Assembly (NCBI GenBank): GCA_963780035.1
Contig: CAWAAG010000024.1
Coordinates: forward strand, 96,290-160,289
DNA: 64,000 nucleotides
DNA from: an uncultured Acidobacteriota bacterium
GTDB lineage: Bacteria > Acidobacteriota > Terriglobia > Acidiferrales > UBA7541
Direction: 5' to 3'
A model generated the notes under the pieces. It was given only the letters and a program-made list of their open reading frames with translations. It ran no database searches and was not told where the DNA came from. Position numbers and translations under genes: made by a program. Below are positions 27,119 to 37,663 of the stretch, in pieces; position 1 is the stretch's first letter; each line of letters begins with the position of its first letter.

Positions 27119-29482
27119 CTACTTTTCTTTCTTGTGCAGTTCGCTCTGCAGCAAATTCTCAACCAGCGGTTTGACGCCCTGCGATAGCAGTTCCTGAATC
27201 TGCGGCTGCAACCTCTCCAGGACTCTCCGCACGACTTCATCCACAGTGTCGGAATTCGCAGAGCTCCCCGAATCAGAAGAATCCGCCGGAGCAGACGGCG
27301 ATGGCGGCATCAAAAACGGAATATCCGATAGCGCCTCGCGGTTCGGAGGCGGCAACGTCGGGATCCTCTCGAAGTATTGCTTCAAAGCGGGAGGCGGCGC
27401 GGAATCCGCAAAAAGGGAATTCGACTCCCCGGCGATCACCGGCTCTTCATTCACGGCTGCGTCATGATTCCAGTAATCTTCCCCAGGCGTCGGCAAGAAC
27501 CGCTGCGCAGGCGGCATGCTCTCCGCGTGTATTTCTTCTTCGCGCATCGAAGGCGGCGGTTCCGCGGCCACCGGCGCTGCAAAGTAATCCGCGGGTTCGT
27601 GATGCTCCTCGTGCGACAGCCAAGGTTCGGAAGGTTTGTGCTCCGCCGCTAGGTCGCCATTGCGCCCGGCGTTAGACGGCGCAGCCGTAATCTCGGGCGA
27701 AAAATCAGCAGCAGCGCTCGTCACCGGCTCAGGCTCGGCCGCAAACGGCTCCTCATGCGCCGCGGCCTCCACCACCGGCTCCTCGCTCGGCGCCTCCTCG
27801 TGCGAAGGTGCAACTGCGGATGCTGGTGCGAACGCGGCCTCAGACGGGGCCGCAATCTCCGGCGCCGCGTCCTCTTCACGCGCGGTATTGCCGCCATTGT
27901 CCATCACCGCTTCATGAATCTCGCTGTGCGCATCCTCGGAAAAATGATAAGACGACCCACCCAATCCCGATTCGCCGAACTTGCTCTCCCCGAATTGCCG
28001 CGGCTCTTCGGCATCCGCTTCCGTATAGGACGTCGCCACTACTTCCTCAGCCTGCGCCACCACTGATTCCGCGGCGACCGCCGATATCTCTGGCTCTGCC
28101 TCACGAGGCGCCTCCGCCGCGTACTCAGGCCGCTGCACAACTTCGGCCACGATTTCGGGCTCCGGCGCTGCAGCTTCCGCATGTGGCGCCGCCGCGTGTT
28201 CCTCCGCAGGCGGCTCCGCGATCTTGTTCATCCAATGGTCGCCTGCTTCTTCCGATTGCGTCGGCGACATCATGTCCATCCAGCCGCGTACCCGCGATAC
28301 AAAACTCGGGCGCGGCTCCGGCTCGTGCGCTCCCTCGTGCTGCGCTACAGGCGCTGCCTGCTCTTTTTTCTCCGGTTCCGCAAAAAATGTTTCCGCCGCA
28401 GGCTCCGGCGCAGCATCGCGCTCGGCAGCATCTACCTTGGAGGCGTTCAGCACCACCGCGGACTCTTCAGCGAACTTGGAATTCTCGGTCTTGGCCTCTT
28501 CCACAACCGGCACGTGGGCAGCAGGCGCCCCAATCGCAGGAGTGCTTTCCTTCGCCGCTACTTTCGCGGCAGGCGGAACCGCTGCCTCATCCTCTTCCGT
28601 ATCTTCCACGCGCACGCGCTTCGGCGGCACATCTTTCTCGGAAGGAAAGGTAATCGGTTCGAAATTCCGTCCATACGAATAAACCGGATCCGCCGCCACA
28701 TTTTCCGGGACCTCAAAATCCGCCGCGTTACGCCGCCAATCGTTCGCCGTCTCCGTGTCGTCGCTCTCGGTTTCGTCCTCATCATCATCCGGGACGGCCA
28801 CTTGCGTCTTGGGGCCCGTGGCAATCTTGGGCGCCTTCTCGTTCTTCGCGGGCGCTTTCGGCGCCGCAGCTTCCTTGCTCTTCTTCTTCGCGCGCGGCTC
28901 GTCTTCTTCTTCCGCTTCCTCATCCAAATCCATCGCCCGCACGCCCTTGCCAAACCCGTAGATCACGGCGGCTTCCTCGGGCGTCGGTTCAGGGAAATCA
29001 GGCAGCGGCTTGGGTTCTGCCATAGCGGGGTTTTCTAGCGCAGCAGCAGGCAGCGCGGTCTCCACCACCGCCACCACTTCTTTCGCTTTCGCCAGTTCCG
29101 CCGCCACGCGCGGGTTCTTCTCCAGCGCGGACATCACCATCGCAATCAGCGGGTCCGGCGGCACAAAAGGCTTCTTCAGCACGCCATCGGCGCCCACCCG
29201 CCGCGCTTCCTTCTCGTCCAGCGGATCGAACGCCCCCACCAGCAAAATCACCGGGACATGCGCAAATCGCGTGTCCTTCTTAACAAATTCGCAAACCTCA
29301 TACCCGTTCCGCACCGGCATGAAGACGTCCGCCAGCACCAGGTCCGGGTTCGCGTCCGGCATCCGGCGCACTGCGGCCTCGCCATTGCCGACGGCAATGA
29401 CCTCCACGCCGCGTTCCTGGAACGCCAGCGTCACCATCTTCTGAATGTTGGTATTGTCGTCCGCGACCAGAATTCTGGGCAC
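27119..29482 (-). CDS. Response regulator (CheY-like receiver) fused to a ~650-aa acidic Ala/Glu/Pro-rich low-complexity tail
   Basis: 787 aa. Residues 1-125 are a canonical receiver (ILVADDN, phospho-acceptor context DLVLADVFMP, KKPF). The remainder is low complexity, except a conserved-looking helical C-terminus (VVRRVLERLQPQIQELLSQGVKPLVENLL). Confidence 0.8.
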   Translation of the reverse strand: MPRILVADDNTNIQKMVTLAFQERGVEVIAVGNGEAAVRRMPDANPDLVLADVFMPVRNGYEVCEFVKKDTRFAHVPVILLVGAFDPLDEKEARRVGADGVLKKPFVPPDPLIAMVMSALEKNPRVAAELAKAKEVVAVVETALPAAALENPAMAEPKPLPDFPEPTPEEAAVIYGFGKGVRAMDLDEEAEEEDEPRAKKKSKEAAAPKAPAKNEKAPKIATGPKTQVAVPDDDEDETESDDTETANDWRRNAADFEVPENVAADPVYSYGRNFEPITFPSEKDVPPKRVRVEDTEEDEAAVPPAAKVAAKESTPAIGAPAAHVPVVEEAKTENSKFAEESAVVLNASKVDAAERDAAPEPAAETFFAEPEKKEQAAPVAQHEGAHEPEPRPSFVSRVRGWMDMMSPTQSEEAGDHWMNKIAEPPAEEHAAAPHAEAAAPEPEIVAEVVQRPEYAAEAPREAEPEISAVAAESVVAQAEEVVATSYTEADAEEPRQFGESKFGESGLGGSSYHFSEDAHSEIHEAVMDNGGNTAREEDAAPEIAAPSEAAFAPASAVAPSHEEAPSEEPVVEAAAHEEPFAAEPEPVTSAAADFSPEITAAPSNAGRNGDLAAEHKPSEPWLSHEEHHEPADYFAAPVAAEPPPSMREEEIHAESMPPAQRFLPTPGEDYWNHDAAVNEEPVIAGESNSLFADSAPPPALKQYFERIPTLPPPNREALSDIPFLMPPSPSAPADSSDSGSSANSDTVDEVVRRVLERLQPQIQELLSQGVKPLVENLLQSELHKKEK

Positions 29483-29631
29483 TGTATTCCCCTGGCGGCG
29501 CGCCCGAGCTTGGACACGCCCACCCCTTGGATACAGCTATTCCAGCACCCCGGGCCAGCGAGGTCAACAAACTCGAAGTACAGGAGTGCTAGAGTTGTTA
29601 GCAGGCAGTTAACAGGCCGGAAATCGCGTCC

Positions 29632-31353
29632 TTACCAGGGAATCAGCTTCTTCAGACCCTTCTTCTTTTTGCTGGTGGATTCCTGGCTGGAGTCGTTGGG
29701 CGCCGCCTGAGCGGCCTGTTCGGACTTCTGCGTCGAGCCGTTGGAGGTAGTACTACTGCCCGGCGCTGCATTCGCCCCATCGGCGGCTGCCGAGCTGGAT
29801 GAAGAACCCGCCGGGTTCGCTCCGGGCGCGGCGGCAGGGGCTCCGTCCGTCGCAGGAGGTGCCGCCGGCGCAGCGGCCGGCGTATCGCCGCCCGTCGCTG
29901 GCTGCGGCGTAGCCACTGGCGTGTTCGGGTCGGCTGGCGGAGCGGCAGCAGCCGGAGCCGTGTCAGTCTTTGGCGCGGGGCTTTCTTCGCCCGGCGTAAT
30001 AATCTGCACTCCCACGCCCGTCTGCGCGTCGCCCGAGCCCACTGGCACGGTCGTCGCGTCCACCGGCGTCACAGCATCGCTCGAGCTTCCCGAGGGGCTC
30101 GGTCCCGGTCCATTGCCGGTCGAACCGCCGGTCACAGTGAATGAAGGTCCTTGCGCTCCCGGCCGCAAAATATCCGTCGCCGAAACCACGTCGTTCGGCG
30201 GATTCATTTGCGGCGTTCCGCTATGCGCCGCATCCGACACGTCGGGGCTGCCCTTGATCATTCCCAGCGGCAGCTTCATGACGACGCTCTCGTGATGCTT
30301 CCTTTCATACATCTGCTGTTTCTGCATCCGCACCACGGCATCCGGATCCGCGGAGGGAACCGGCTTGCCCATGGCTTTCAGTCGTTCCTTCGCGGCCGGC
30401 GCCATTTTTGAAAGCGGATAATCCCGCACGATCTTTGCGTAACACTTCGCGGAAAGATCCCCCCAGTGATTCTTGTCGTCCTCGTTTTTCGATACCTGCT
30501 TGGCCCGCTGGTAAATATCCCCTAGCATCCACAAAGCATCGTCATTCTGGCTATAGAGCGGATAGCGGTCGGTCAATTCCACCAGGCGCGCGGCCGACGC
30601 CCGATAGTCGAATTTCCGGTAATAAAAGTACGCAACCCTGTAATCTCCGTCCGCCAGCACTTCCTGCACGTCGCGCAAATCCTGTTCAGCCTTCGGCGCC
30701 AGCGGGCTTTGTGGGTATTTCAGCAGGAATGCCTGGAACGCATCTTCCGCCGCTTCCGCTTGCGTCTTGTCCCGGTCGGCCTTCTCCATCATGTGATAGT
30801 GCGCCATCCCGATCTGCATCTGCGCGTACGCCGCTTCGTCCAGGAACGGAAAGAAAGTCTGAAAGTCGTTGTACTCCTGGATAGACTGCGTCAGGTTCGA
30901 CGTGCCGCCTTCCTTGTAATACGAGTCGGCCACTGCCAGCTTTGCCTTCGCCAGGTACTCGCTGTCCGGATAGGTATTGATCAGCGTCTGCAGCGCCAGG
31001 CGTCCTTCGGTGTAGCGCCCGCCCTTCAAGTCTCGCTCGGCGCGATCGTAGAGAATTTTGTCGGGTTCGGCGGAGGCATCCGGATCCACCGTCGCGGTCG
31101 CCGCCGCATGGTGCTTCTTGCTCTTTTTGGTCGGAAGCGGCGGAGTATTGTCTTCCTTCTTTGTTTCCTTGTCCGCCGCGGTCTTCGCCAGCGGCGGCGC
31201 GTTCTCACCGCTTCCGCCGGTCTGCGGAGTCGGCACCTGCGCGCTCGCGCGCGGGCTCGCCATCAGAAGAAGGGATAGAACCGCCAGGGTAGGGAACAGA
31301 ACGCTCAGCATTCTCAAACGCTTTACCGGTTTTCCTGCCGTCTCGTTATTCAA
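29632..31353 (-). CDS. bamD: Outer membrane protein assembly factor BamD (TPR lipoprotein-like) with long Pro/Ala/Gly/Ser-rich C-terminal extension
   Basis: Signal sequence. TPR-like BamD/YfiO core (YDRAERDLKGGRY...YPDSEYLAKAKLAVADSYY...YAQMQIGMAHY...LLKYPQSPLAPKAEQDL...VAYFYYRKFDYRASAARL). About 200 aa of low-complexity tail. Confidence 0.75.
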   Translation of the reverse strand: MNNETAGKPVKRLRMLSVLFPTLAVLSLLLMASPRASAQVPTPQTGGSGENAPPLAKTAADKETKKEDNTPPLPTKKSKKHHAAATATVDPDASAEPDKILYDRAERDLKGGRYTEGRLALQTLINTYPDSEYLAKAKLAVADSYYKEGGTSNLTQSIQEYNDFQTFFPFLDEAAYAQMQIGMAHYHMMEKADRDKTQAEAAEDAFQAFLLKYPQSPLAPKAEQDLRDVQEVLADGDYRVAYFYYRKFDYRASAARLVELTDRYPLYSQNDDALWMLGDIYQRAKQVSKNEDDKNHWGDLSAKCYAKIVRDYPLSKMAPAAKERLKAMGKPVPSADPDAVVRMQKQQMYERKHHESVVMKLPLGMIKGSPDVSDAAHSGTPQMNPPNDVVSATDILRPGAQGPSFTVTGGSTGNGPGPSPSGSSSDAVTPVDATTVPVGSGDAQTGVGVQIITPGEESPAPKTDTAPAAAAPPADPNTPVATPQPATGGDTPAAAPAAPPATDGAPAAAPGANPAGSSSSSAAADGANAAPGSSTTSNGSTQKSEQAAQAAPNDSSQESTSKKKKGLKKLIPW

Positions 31354-31374
31354 ATCGGACCTCTCCCAAGTGGT

Positions 31375-32061
31375 TTACGCTTTCTGGCTCAGGGCTTGGG
31401 TTGCGAGCTTTTTCAACTGCCGCGTGGCGGCCGCTGGATCGGCCGTATGGAATATGGATGTCCCTGCTACGAACGTGTTCGCTCCGGCCTGCGCCAGCGC
31501 GGCCATGTTTTCCAGGTCGACGCCCCCGTCCACCTCGATCCGGAAACTCGCATTATACCGCGCTCGCATCTGATTCAACTGCCGAATCTTCTCGTACGTA
31601 TTGGCTATGAATTTCTGCCCGCCGAAGCCCGGGTTCACGGTCATCACCAGAATCGTATCCACCTTATCGAGCACTTCGCTCAACATCATTACAGGCGTCG
31701 CCGGGTTGATCGCCGCTCCCGCTTCCGCCCCGTGCTCCCGGATCATCGCCAAAGCCCGGTCCAGGTGCTCAGTCGCTTCTTCGTGGACCAGCACCCGGTT
31801 GGCCCCGGCTCGCACGAAATCCTCGATATATCTTTCCGGCTGGTCAATCATCAGATGCGTTTCCAGGGGCAGTTTGGTTGCCTTGCGCAAAGACTCCACC
31901 ACCGGTATTCCGAGCGAAATGTTCGGCACAAAGTGCCCGTCCATCACATCCACATGTATCAAATCCGCCCCGGCCTCTTCCACCAGCCGCACCTGTTCCC
32001 CCAACCGCGCAAAGTCCGCGGCCAAAATCGAAGGCGCAATCTCAATCCGGGCGTAACTCAT
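31375..32061 (-). CDS. rpe: Ribulose-phosphate 3-epimerase
   Basis: 228 aa. IAPSILAADF, HVDVMDGHFVPN, MTVNPGFGGQKF and VDGG motifs. Confidence 0.9.
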   Translation of the reverse strand: MSYARIEIAPSILAADFARLGEQVRLVEEAGADLIHVDVMDGHFVPNISLGIPVVESLRKATKLPLETHLMIDQPERYIEDFVRAGANRVLVHEEATEHLDRALAMIREHGAEAGAAINPATPVMMLSEVLDKVDTILVMTVNPGFGGQKFIANTYEKIRQLNQMRARYNASFRIEVDGGVDLENMAALAQAGANTFVAGTSIFHTADPAAATRQLKKLATQALSQKA

Positions 32062-32342
32062 GTCAATGCACCAAATTCTAGCATAGCCCCGCGCGCTCCA
32101 GCGGATTCACGCGAAGTCAGTACCTCCTCCGCAATTCACCTGGCGTCAGTTTTCGCCGTCACTCCGCCCAGGCAGGTTGCAGGCTGGCGCAACGTGCTGC
32201 AAGCGCGCCCCACCGGCTGTACACGGGAAGCGCCGCGGTCAGATTGCGGTTTGCCGATAGCCCGTGGATTCCAGGGGAAGAGCGCCCGGCGCGCGAAGGT
32301 TTCGGACGTCCCGCATCGGAGGTTGCCCGAAGAATCGGCTGA

Positions 32343-33419
<1,077 letters not shown>

Positions 33420-33535
33420 GCGATTCGTCTGACAACGAAGTCACGCTCATGAACGGGATCAGGTTTCTGCCAGGAGCAAGCCCAGAAAGACACAAACTAA
33501 TTCTCAAGTCGCGAGGCTTTGCATATGATGCCCCG

Positions 33536-34624
33536 ATGCTTGGAACCGCACGAGTCGTCACGGCTTCGGTTTTTGCGATACTCCTGACGAATATGGCGTT
33601 CGCTCAGAGTAGCGCGCCGACTCCGCCTACAGACAGTACGAAGCAGATTGCCGCGTCAACCGAGCCAACAATCCCCGCCATGCCCTCGGACCCGGCCGCG
33701 ATCTTGGAGGTCGGTGCGCGGCTCAATGGTCTCAACGCGCATGAAATCTCTCCGTGGCACATAAAGGCGACGTATCAAATACTTAAACCCAACGGCAAAC
33801 CTTCGAGCTCGGGTACCTATGAGGAGTTCTGGTATTCGGACAGAAGCTACAAACGGACCTACACCAGCGCTACATTCACGCAAACCGATTACGCCACGGA
33901 ACGAGGGCTTTATCGCAGTGGGAGCCAAGATTGGCCGGGACGTCAGGAAACAGAAGTGCGCATGTACCTGATGGCTCCCATACCCGCCAAGTTGGATCTC
34001 CATGACCTTCAGCTGAAAAAAGAAAGCCTCTCGGTCGGCGCCGCCCATCTTCAATGCGTCGCGCTAAAATTGGCTGATGCATTCCTCAGCTCATCCGTGT
34101 ATTGCTTCGAACCGGACCGTCCCATGCTGCGGTTAGACCTCTCGCCTGATGGATTGAGCCAGAACTTGTACAACAACGTGGTCGAATTTCAGGGGCATTT
34201 CATCGCCAGAGACATCAGCGTGACCTATCGAAAAAAAGCTATTCTCACAATTCACGTTGACGCGATCGGCGCGTTGCCCGCAAGTGGCCCGAATGAAGTT
34301 ACTCCGCCGCCCGACGCCAAAGGGCCGCTGCCGGGAAAACTCATCGTTCCCGCGGAAACCATGACTTCATTCGTGCTTGTGCAGGTCGTTCCAATTTATC
34401 CAGCCAGCGCGAAAGAAATGCGCGTCCAGGGAGTAGTCCTTGTGCATGTAACGGTGGGAAAAGATGGCGTGGTCACAGGCGCCGACGCGATCAGCGGACC
34501 AGACTTACTGCGCAGCCCCGCAGTTGATGCCGTGCGCAAGTGGATCTATCGGCCCTTTATATTTTTGGGCGACCCTACGGAAGTTGAAACGAACGTAAAG
34601 GTCATATTTACGCTCGGCGATTGA
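33536..34624 (+). CDS. Secreted protein with C-terminal TonB-C (energy transducer TonB-like) domain
   Basis: Track ORF overlaps the AKR gene. Start moved to the ATG at 33536 (MLGTARVVTASVFAILLTNMAFAQ, signal-like; alternative 33449). C-terminal ~80 aa (PIYPASAKEMRVQGVVLVHVTVGKDGVV...AVDAVRKWIYRPF) match TonB_C. The N-terminal ~250 aa are unassigned. Confidence 0.65.
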   Translation: MLGTARVVTASVFAILLTNMAFAQSSAPTPPTDSTKQIAASTEPTIPAMPSDPAAILEVGARLNGLNAHEISPWHIKATYQILKPNGKPSSSGTYEEFWYSDRSYKRTYTSATFTQTDYATERGLYRSGSQDWPGRQETEVRMYLMAPIPAKLDLHDLQLKKESLSVGAAHLQCVALKLADAFLSSSVYCFEPDRPMLRLDLSPDGLSQNLYNNVVEFQGHFIARDISVTYRKKAILTIHVDAIGALPASGPNEVTPPPDAKGPLPGKLIVPAETMTSFVLVQVVPIYPASAKEMRVQGVVLVHVTVGKDGVVTGADAISGPDLLRSPAVDAVRKWIYRPFIFLGDPTEVETNVKVIFTLGD

Positions 34625-34689
34625 CCATTCGCCCCCACTGCGCTGCGACCACCTGTCCCGCAACCCGGCTTATCAACACTCGGCCGAAG

Positions 34690-34827
34690 CCCATGATATA
34701 AACTCTCATCTCGATTCAGCGAGCCCACCCCTTCGCAAAAATATCATGCGTTCAGTTATCCAAGTCGCCCGCGTCCGCAAAACCTACGGCTCCACAGTCG
34801 CGGTGGACGGAGTATCCTTCGACGCCC
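34690..34827 (+). repeat. Direct repeat copy A (~136 bp) flanking the dehydrogenase gene
   Basis: Aligns with 35932-36066. 18/18 identical at the 5' end (cccatgatataaactctc), a divergent middle with a 3-nt indel, and a 52/53-identical core (gtccgcaaaacctacggctccacagtcgcggtggacg.agtatccttcgacg). Confidence 0.85.
34746..34827 (+). pseudogene. 5' remnant of an ABC transporter ATP-binding gene (duplicate of the 35985 gene start)
   Basis: ATG at 34746 encodes MRSVIQVARVRKTYGSTVAVDGVSFDA, versus MRPVIQVSGVRKTYGSTVAVDEVSFDV at 35985. Similarity ends at 34827, before the Walker A motif, where the 3' end of the opposite-strand dehydrogenase gene begins. Confidence 0.6.
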
Positions 34828-34831
34828 GGTG

Positions 34832-35794
34832 TCAAACGGTTATTATGATTTTCCCCCGCGCGTGTCCCTCCCCGAGATAGCGCAGAGCTTCGGCCGTCTC
34901 ACTCAATCGGTAACGTCTATCAATGACAGGCAAGACTTTCCCGGTCTTCAGTAGCTCCCCCAGAAACTCTAAATCCTTGTGGTTGATAGTCGCCCTGAAG
35001 GCACCCATTTTCTTGCGTCCGATCATCGACAGCAACGGCCCCAGTGACAACCCCTGAATCATCCGCAGCGCGCTGCCCCCGGCCGCCACATAAATTCCGT
35101 CCGGAGTCAACGCGCGCCGGCAGTCGAAAATCGAACGATGAGCGTTCGCCGCCAGGATCACATCGTAACGCCGCCCGCCCCGCGCGAAATCTTCCTGCGC
35201 GTAGTCAACGACGTGGTCGGCGCCGATCGCTCTCGCCGTCTCTAGATTTCGCTTGCTGCACACGGCCGTCACTTCCGCCCCGAATACCTTCGCAATCTGC
35301 ACCGCAAATGTGCCCACCCCGCCGGACGCGCCTTCCACAAGCACCTTGTGACCTGGCTGAACCCGTCCCTTTTCACGAAGACCTTGCAGCGCCGTGCTTG
35401 CGGCGATGGGCACGGCCGCCGCCTCCTCAAAAGATACGTTCGCCGGCTTGGCCGCTAACTTCTCTTCGATCGCGCAGACATACTCGGCGAACCCCTTCCC
35501 TTCGAAACCAGTCGCCCCAAAAACCTCGTCGCCTGCCTGAAATCGGGTTACGTTTCGGCCGACAGCTTCCACTCGCCCGGCAATATCACAACCAAGGACT
35601 TCTTGCTTTGGCGTGCGCAGGCCTGGGATCGCCTTGCTCCACGGCCAACCCTTCAGTAAGAATAAGTCCAGCGCATTCACCGACGCCGCGCAAAGCTTGA
35701 TCAAGACCTCATTCGCCTCGGGCGCGGGCTTCGCCACCTCCGCAAACTCAATCACTTCCGGTGAACCGTATCGTCTGCGCACAATCGCTTTCAT
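34832..35794 (-). CDS. NAD(P)-dependent medium-chain dehydrogenase/reductase (quinone oxidoreductase/zinc-type ADH family)
   Basis: 320 aa. GroES-like N-terminus (EVLIKLCAASVN..D), Rossmann GASGGVGTFAVQIAK, C-terminal GKVLPVID...GHARGKIII typical of the MDR/QOR family. Confidence 0.85.
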   Translation of the reverse strand: MKAIVRRRYGSPEVIEFAEVAKPAPEANEVLIKLCAASVNALDLFLLKGWPWSKAIPGLRTPKQEVLGCDIAGRVEAVGRNVTRFQAGDEVFGATGFEGKGFAEYVCAIEEKLAAKPANVSFEEAAAVPIAASTALQGLREKGRVQPGHKVLVEGASGGVGTFAVQIAKVFGAEVTAVCSKRNLETARAIGADHVVDYAQEDFARGGRRYDVILAANAHRSIFDCRRALTPDGIYVAAGGSALRMIQGLSLGPLLSMIGRKKMGAFRATINHKDLEFLGELLKTGKVLPVIDRRYRLSETAEALRYLGEGHARGKIIITV

Positions 35795-35931
35795 GGATTG
35801 CTCGTCAAAAGTGTTGCCAGTGAATTGTACTGCGTTGTGGTGGCCGGCCAGCCGCGAATGGTCCGCGAAGTATAAAATGGACGCGACGCGCGAGCCTTCA
35901 CTAAAGCCAGCTCACGATGACGTAGACTCAA

Positions 35932-36066
35932 CCCATGATATAAACTCTCGTCTCATTTCCATGAACCACAATCTCACAAATATCATGCGCCCAGTCATTC
36001 AAGTTTCCGGAGTCCGCAAAACCTACGGCTCCACAGTCGCGGTGGACGAAGTATCCTTCGACGTCC
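35932..36066 (+). repeat. Direct repeat copy B (functional promoter/5' end of the ABC ATPase gene)
   Basis: See copy A. This copy continues into an intact ATPase ORF. Confidence 0.85.
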
Positions 36067-36902
36067 ACGACGGCGAAATTTTCGGCTTGATCGGCCCCAA
36101 CGGCGCCGGAAAAACCACCACGATGGAATGTATCGAAGGCCTGCGCACCCCGGATCGTGGCGAAATCTCCGTCCTGGGCCTGCACCCCGTGCATGACGTG
36201 TACAAACTGCAAGAGCGCATCGGCGTGCAGCTCCAGCAAGCGCAGCTGCAAAAACGCATCAAAGTCTGGGAGGCAGTGGACCTCTGGGCATCGCTTTACC
36301 GCAAGCAGGCGATAGATGGCAGCCACCTGCTCGACCAGCTCGGCCTCGCAGAAAAACGCAACGCCTTGTTCATGACTCTCTCCGGCGGTCAGAAGCAGCG
36401 CCTCTTCATCGCACTCGCACTCATCAACGATCCCGAGGTGGTTTTTCTTGATGAACTCACCACCGGCCTCGACCCGCAGTCGCGCCGCGCTATCTGGGAA
36501 CTGGTCCGCGGCATCCGCGCGCGCGGCAAGACCGTCTTCTTGACCACCCACCTAATGGAGGAAGCGGAACGCCTGTGCGACCGTGTAGCCATCATCGAGC
36601 ACGGACGCGTCATAGACATCGACACTCCGCAGAACCTGGTCAACCGGCACTGTCCCGAGCGCTCCGTGGTTCTCTCGACCGACGACCCTACTGCGGCCGA
36701 ACATTTTCGTGCCATCCCGCGCGTCGCGGCGGTCACCAGCAACGGTTCCCATTTCACCATCCGTGGCCAGGGCGACGACCTCGTAACCGAAGTGATTCAC
36801 TGTCTATCGGAGAATCGTATCCGCGTCACCGATTTCCGTACGATTCTTCCCAATCTCGAAGACGTCTTCCTGAAATTGACCGGCCACTCGATTCGCGACT
36901 AG
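35985..36902 (+). CDS. ABC transporter ATP-binding protein (ABC-2/DrrA-like exporter subunit)
   Basis: Start moved to the ATG at 35985 (alternative 35961). The track ORF start at 35613 overlaps the opposite-strand gene. Walker A GPNGAGKTT, signature LSGGQKQR, Walker B FLDELTTGLD. Confidence 0.9.
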   Translation: MRPVIQVSGVRKTYGSTVAVDEVSFDVHDGEIFGLIGPNGAGKTTTMECIEGLRTPDRGEISVLGLHPVHDVYKLQERIGVQLQQAQLQKRIKVWEAVDLWASLYRKQAIDGSHLLDQLGLAEKRNALFMTLSGGQKQRLFIALALINDPEVVFLDELTTGLDPQSRRAIWELVRGIRARGKTVFLTTHLMEEAERLCDRVAIIEHGRVIDIDTPQNLVNRHCPERSVVLSTDDPTAAEHFRAIPRVAAVTSNGSHFTIRGQGDDLVTEVIHCLSENRIRVTDFRTILPNLEDVFLKLTGHSIRD

Positions 36903-36913
36903 GCGGAATAACG

Positions 36914-37663
36914 ATGCTGCGTGGACTCTGGAAACTGACTTGGCTCGAACTGAAGATATTCCTCCGTGAACCCCTCGGCGCGATCGGCACCATTGTTATC
37001 CCCGTTCTCATCTTCGTTATCGTGGGCCGCCTGATCGGCGCCAGACTCACGCCCACCGCGCTAGCTGCCAACGCTTTTGTTGGCGTCGGTCTGCCAGTGC
37101 TCGCCTCAATTCTGATCGCCATCAGCGCCGTGCTCTCGCTGGTCACCATCATTGCGATCTATCGCGAAGGAGGCATCCTCAAGCGTCTCCGCGCCACTCC
37201 GCTACGCCCTCAGACAATCCTTACCGCGCACGTCCTCGTCAAGCTGCTGCTTACCGCGGCCACGTTAGTCCTGATGGTGCTGGCAGGCAAACGCTACTAC
37301 CCGGTGGGCATTCATGCTCCGTTATTCTCGTTTACCGTCGCATTGCTCATAAGTACGTGCAGCATTTTGTCGATCGGTTTTCTGATCGCCAGCATGGTAC
37401 CCACGGCGCGCTTCGCCCAGCCCATCGGCGCCGTGATCCTTTATCCCATGCTCGGTTTCTGCGGACTCTTCACCCCCATTTCCGCGTTTCCGCCGGGCCT
37501 CCGCGCACTGGCGCACTTAGTGCCGCTGACTTACGCCGTCTCACTCCTCGGAGGCATATGGAAGGGCGATCCCTGGACCGCGCATCTAGGTGACGTAGCA
37601 GCACTCGCTCTGGTGTTCGCCATTTGCACCGCGCTCTCGGCGAAAGTCTTCCGCTGGGAGTAG
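36914..37663 (+). CDS. ABC-2 type transporter permease
   Basis: Start moved to the ATG at 36914 (MLRGLWKLTWLELKIFLREPLG). Six hydrophobic spans. The EGGILKRLRATP loop is typical of ABC-2 permeases. It begins 12 nt after the ATPase stop. Confidence 0.8.
   Translation: MLRGLWKLTWLELKIFLREPLGAIGTIVIPVLIFVIVGRLIGARLTPTALAANAFVGVGLPVLASILIAISAVLSLVTIIAIYREGGILKRLRATPLRPQTILTAHVLVKLLLTAATLVLMVLAGKRYYPVGIHAPLFSFTVALLISTCSILSIGFLIASMVPTARFAQPIGAVILYPMLGFCGLFTPISAFPPGLRALAHLVPLTYAVSLLGGIWKGDPWTAHLGDVAALALVFAICTALSAKVFRWE

Noticed and set aside
27010-27240. Small ORFs in spacers or overlapping gene ends. Examples: 27010-27240(-), 7272-7505(-), 7378-7581(-), 56810-56995(+), 57185-57430(+).
   Set aside because: They are short, of biased composition, have no RBS or start context and no motifs. 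Several simply translate repeat elements.
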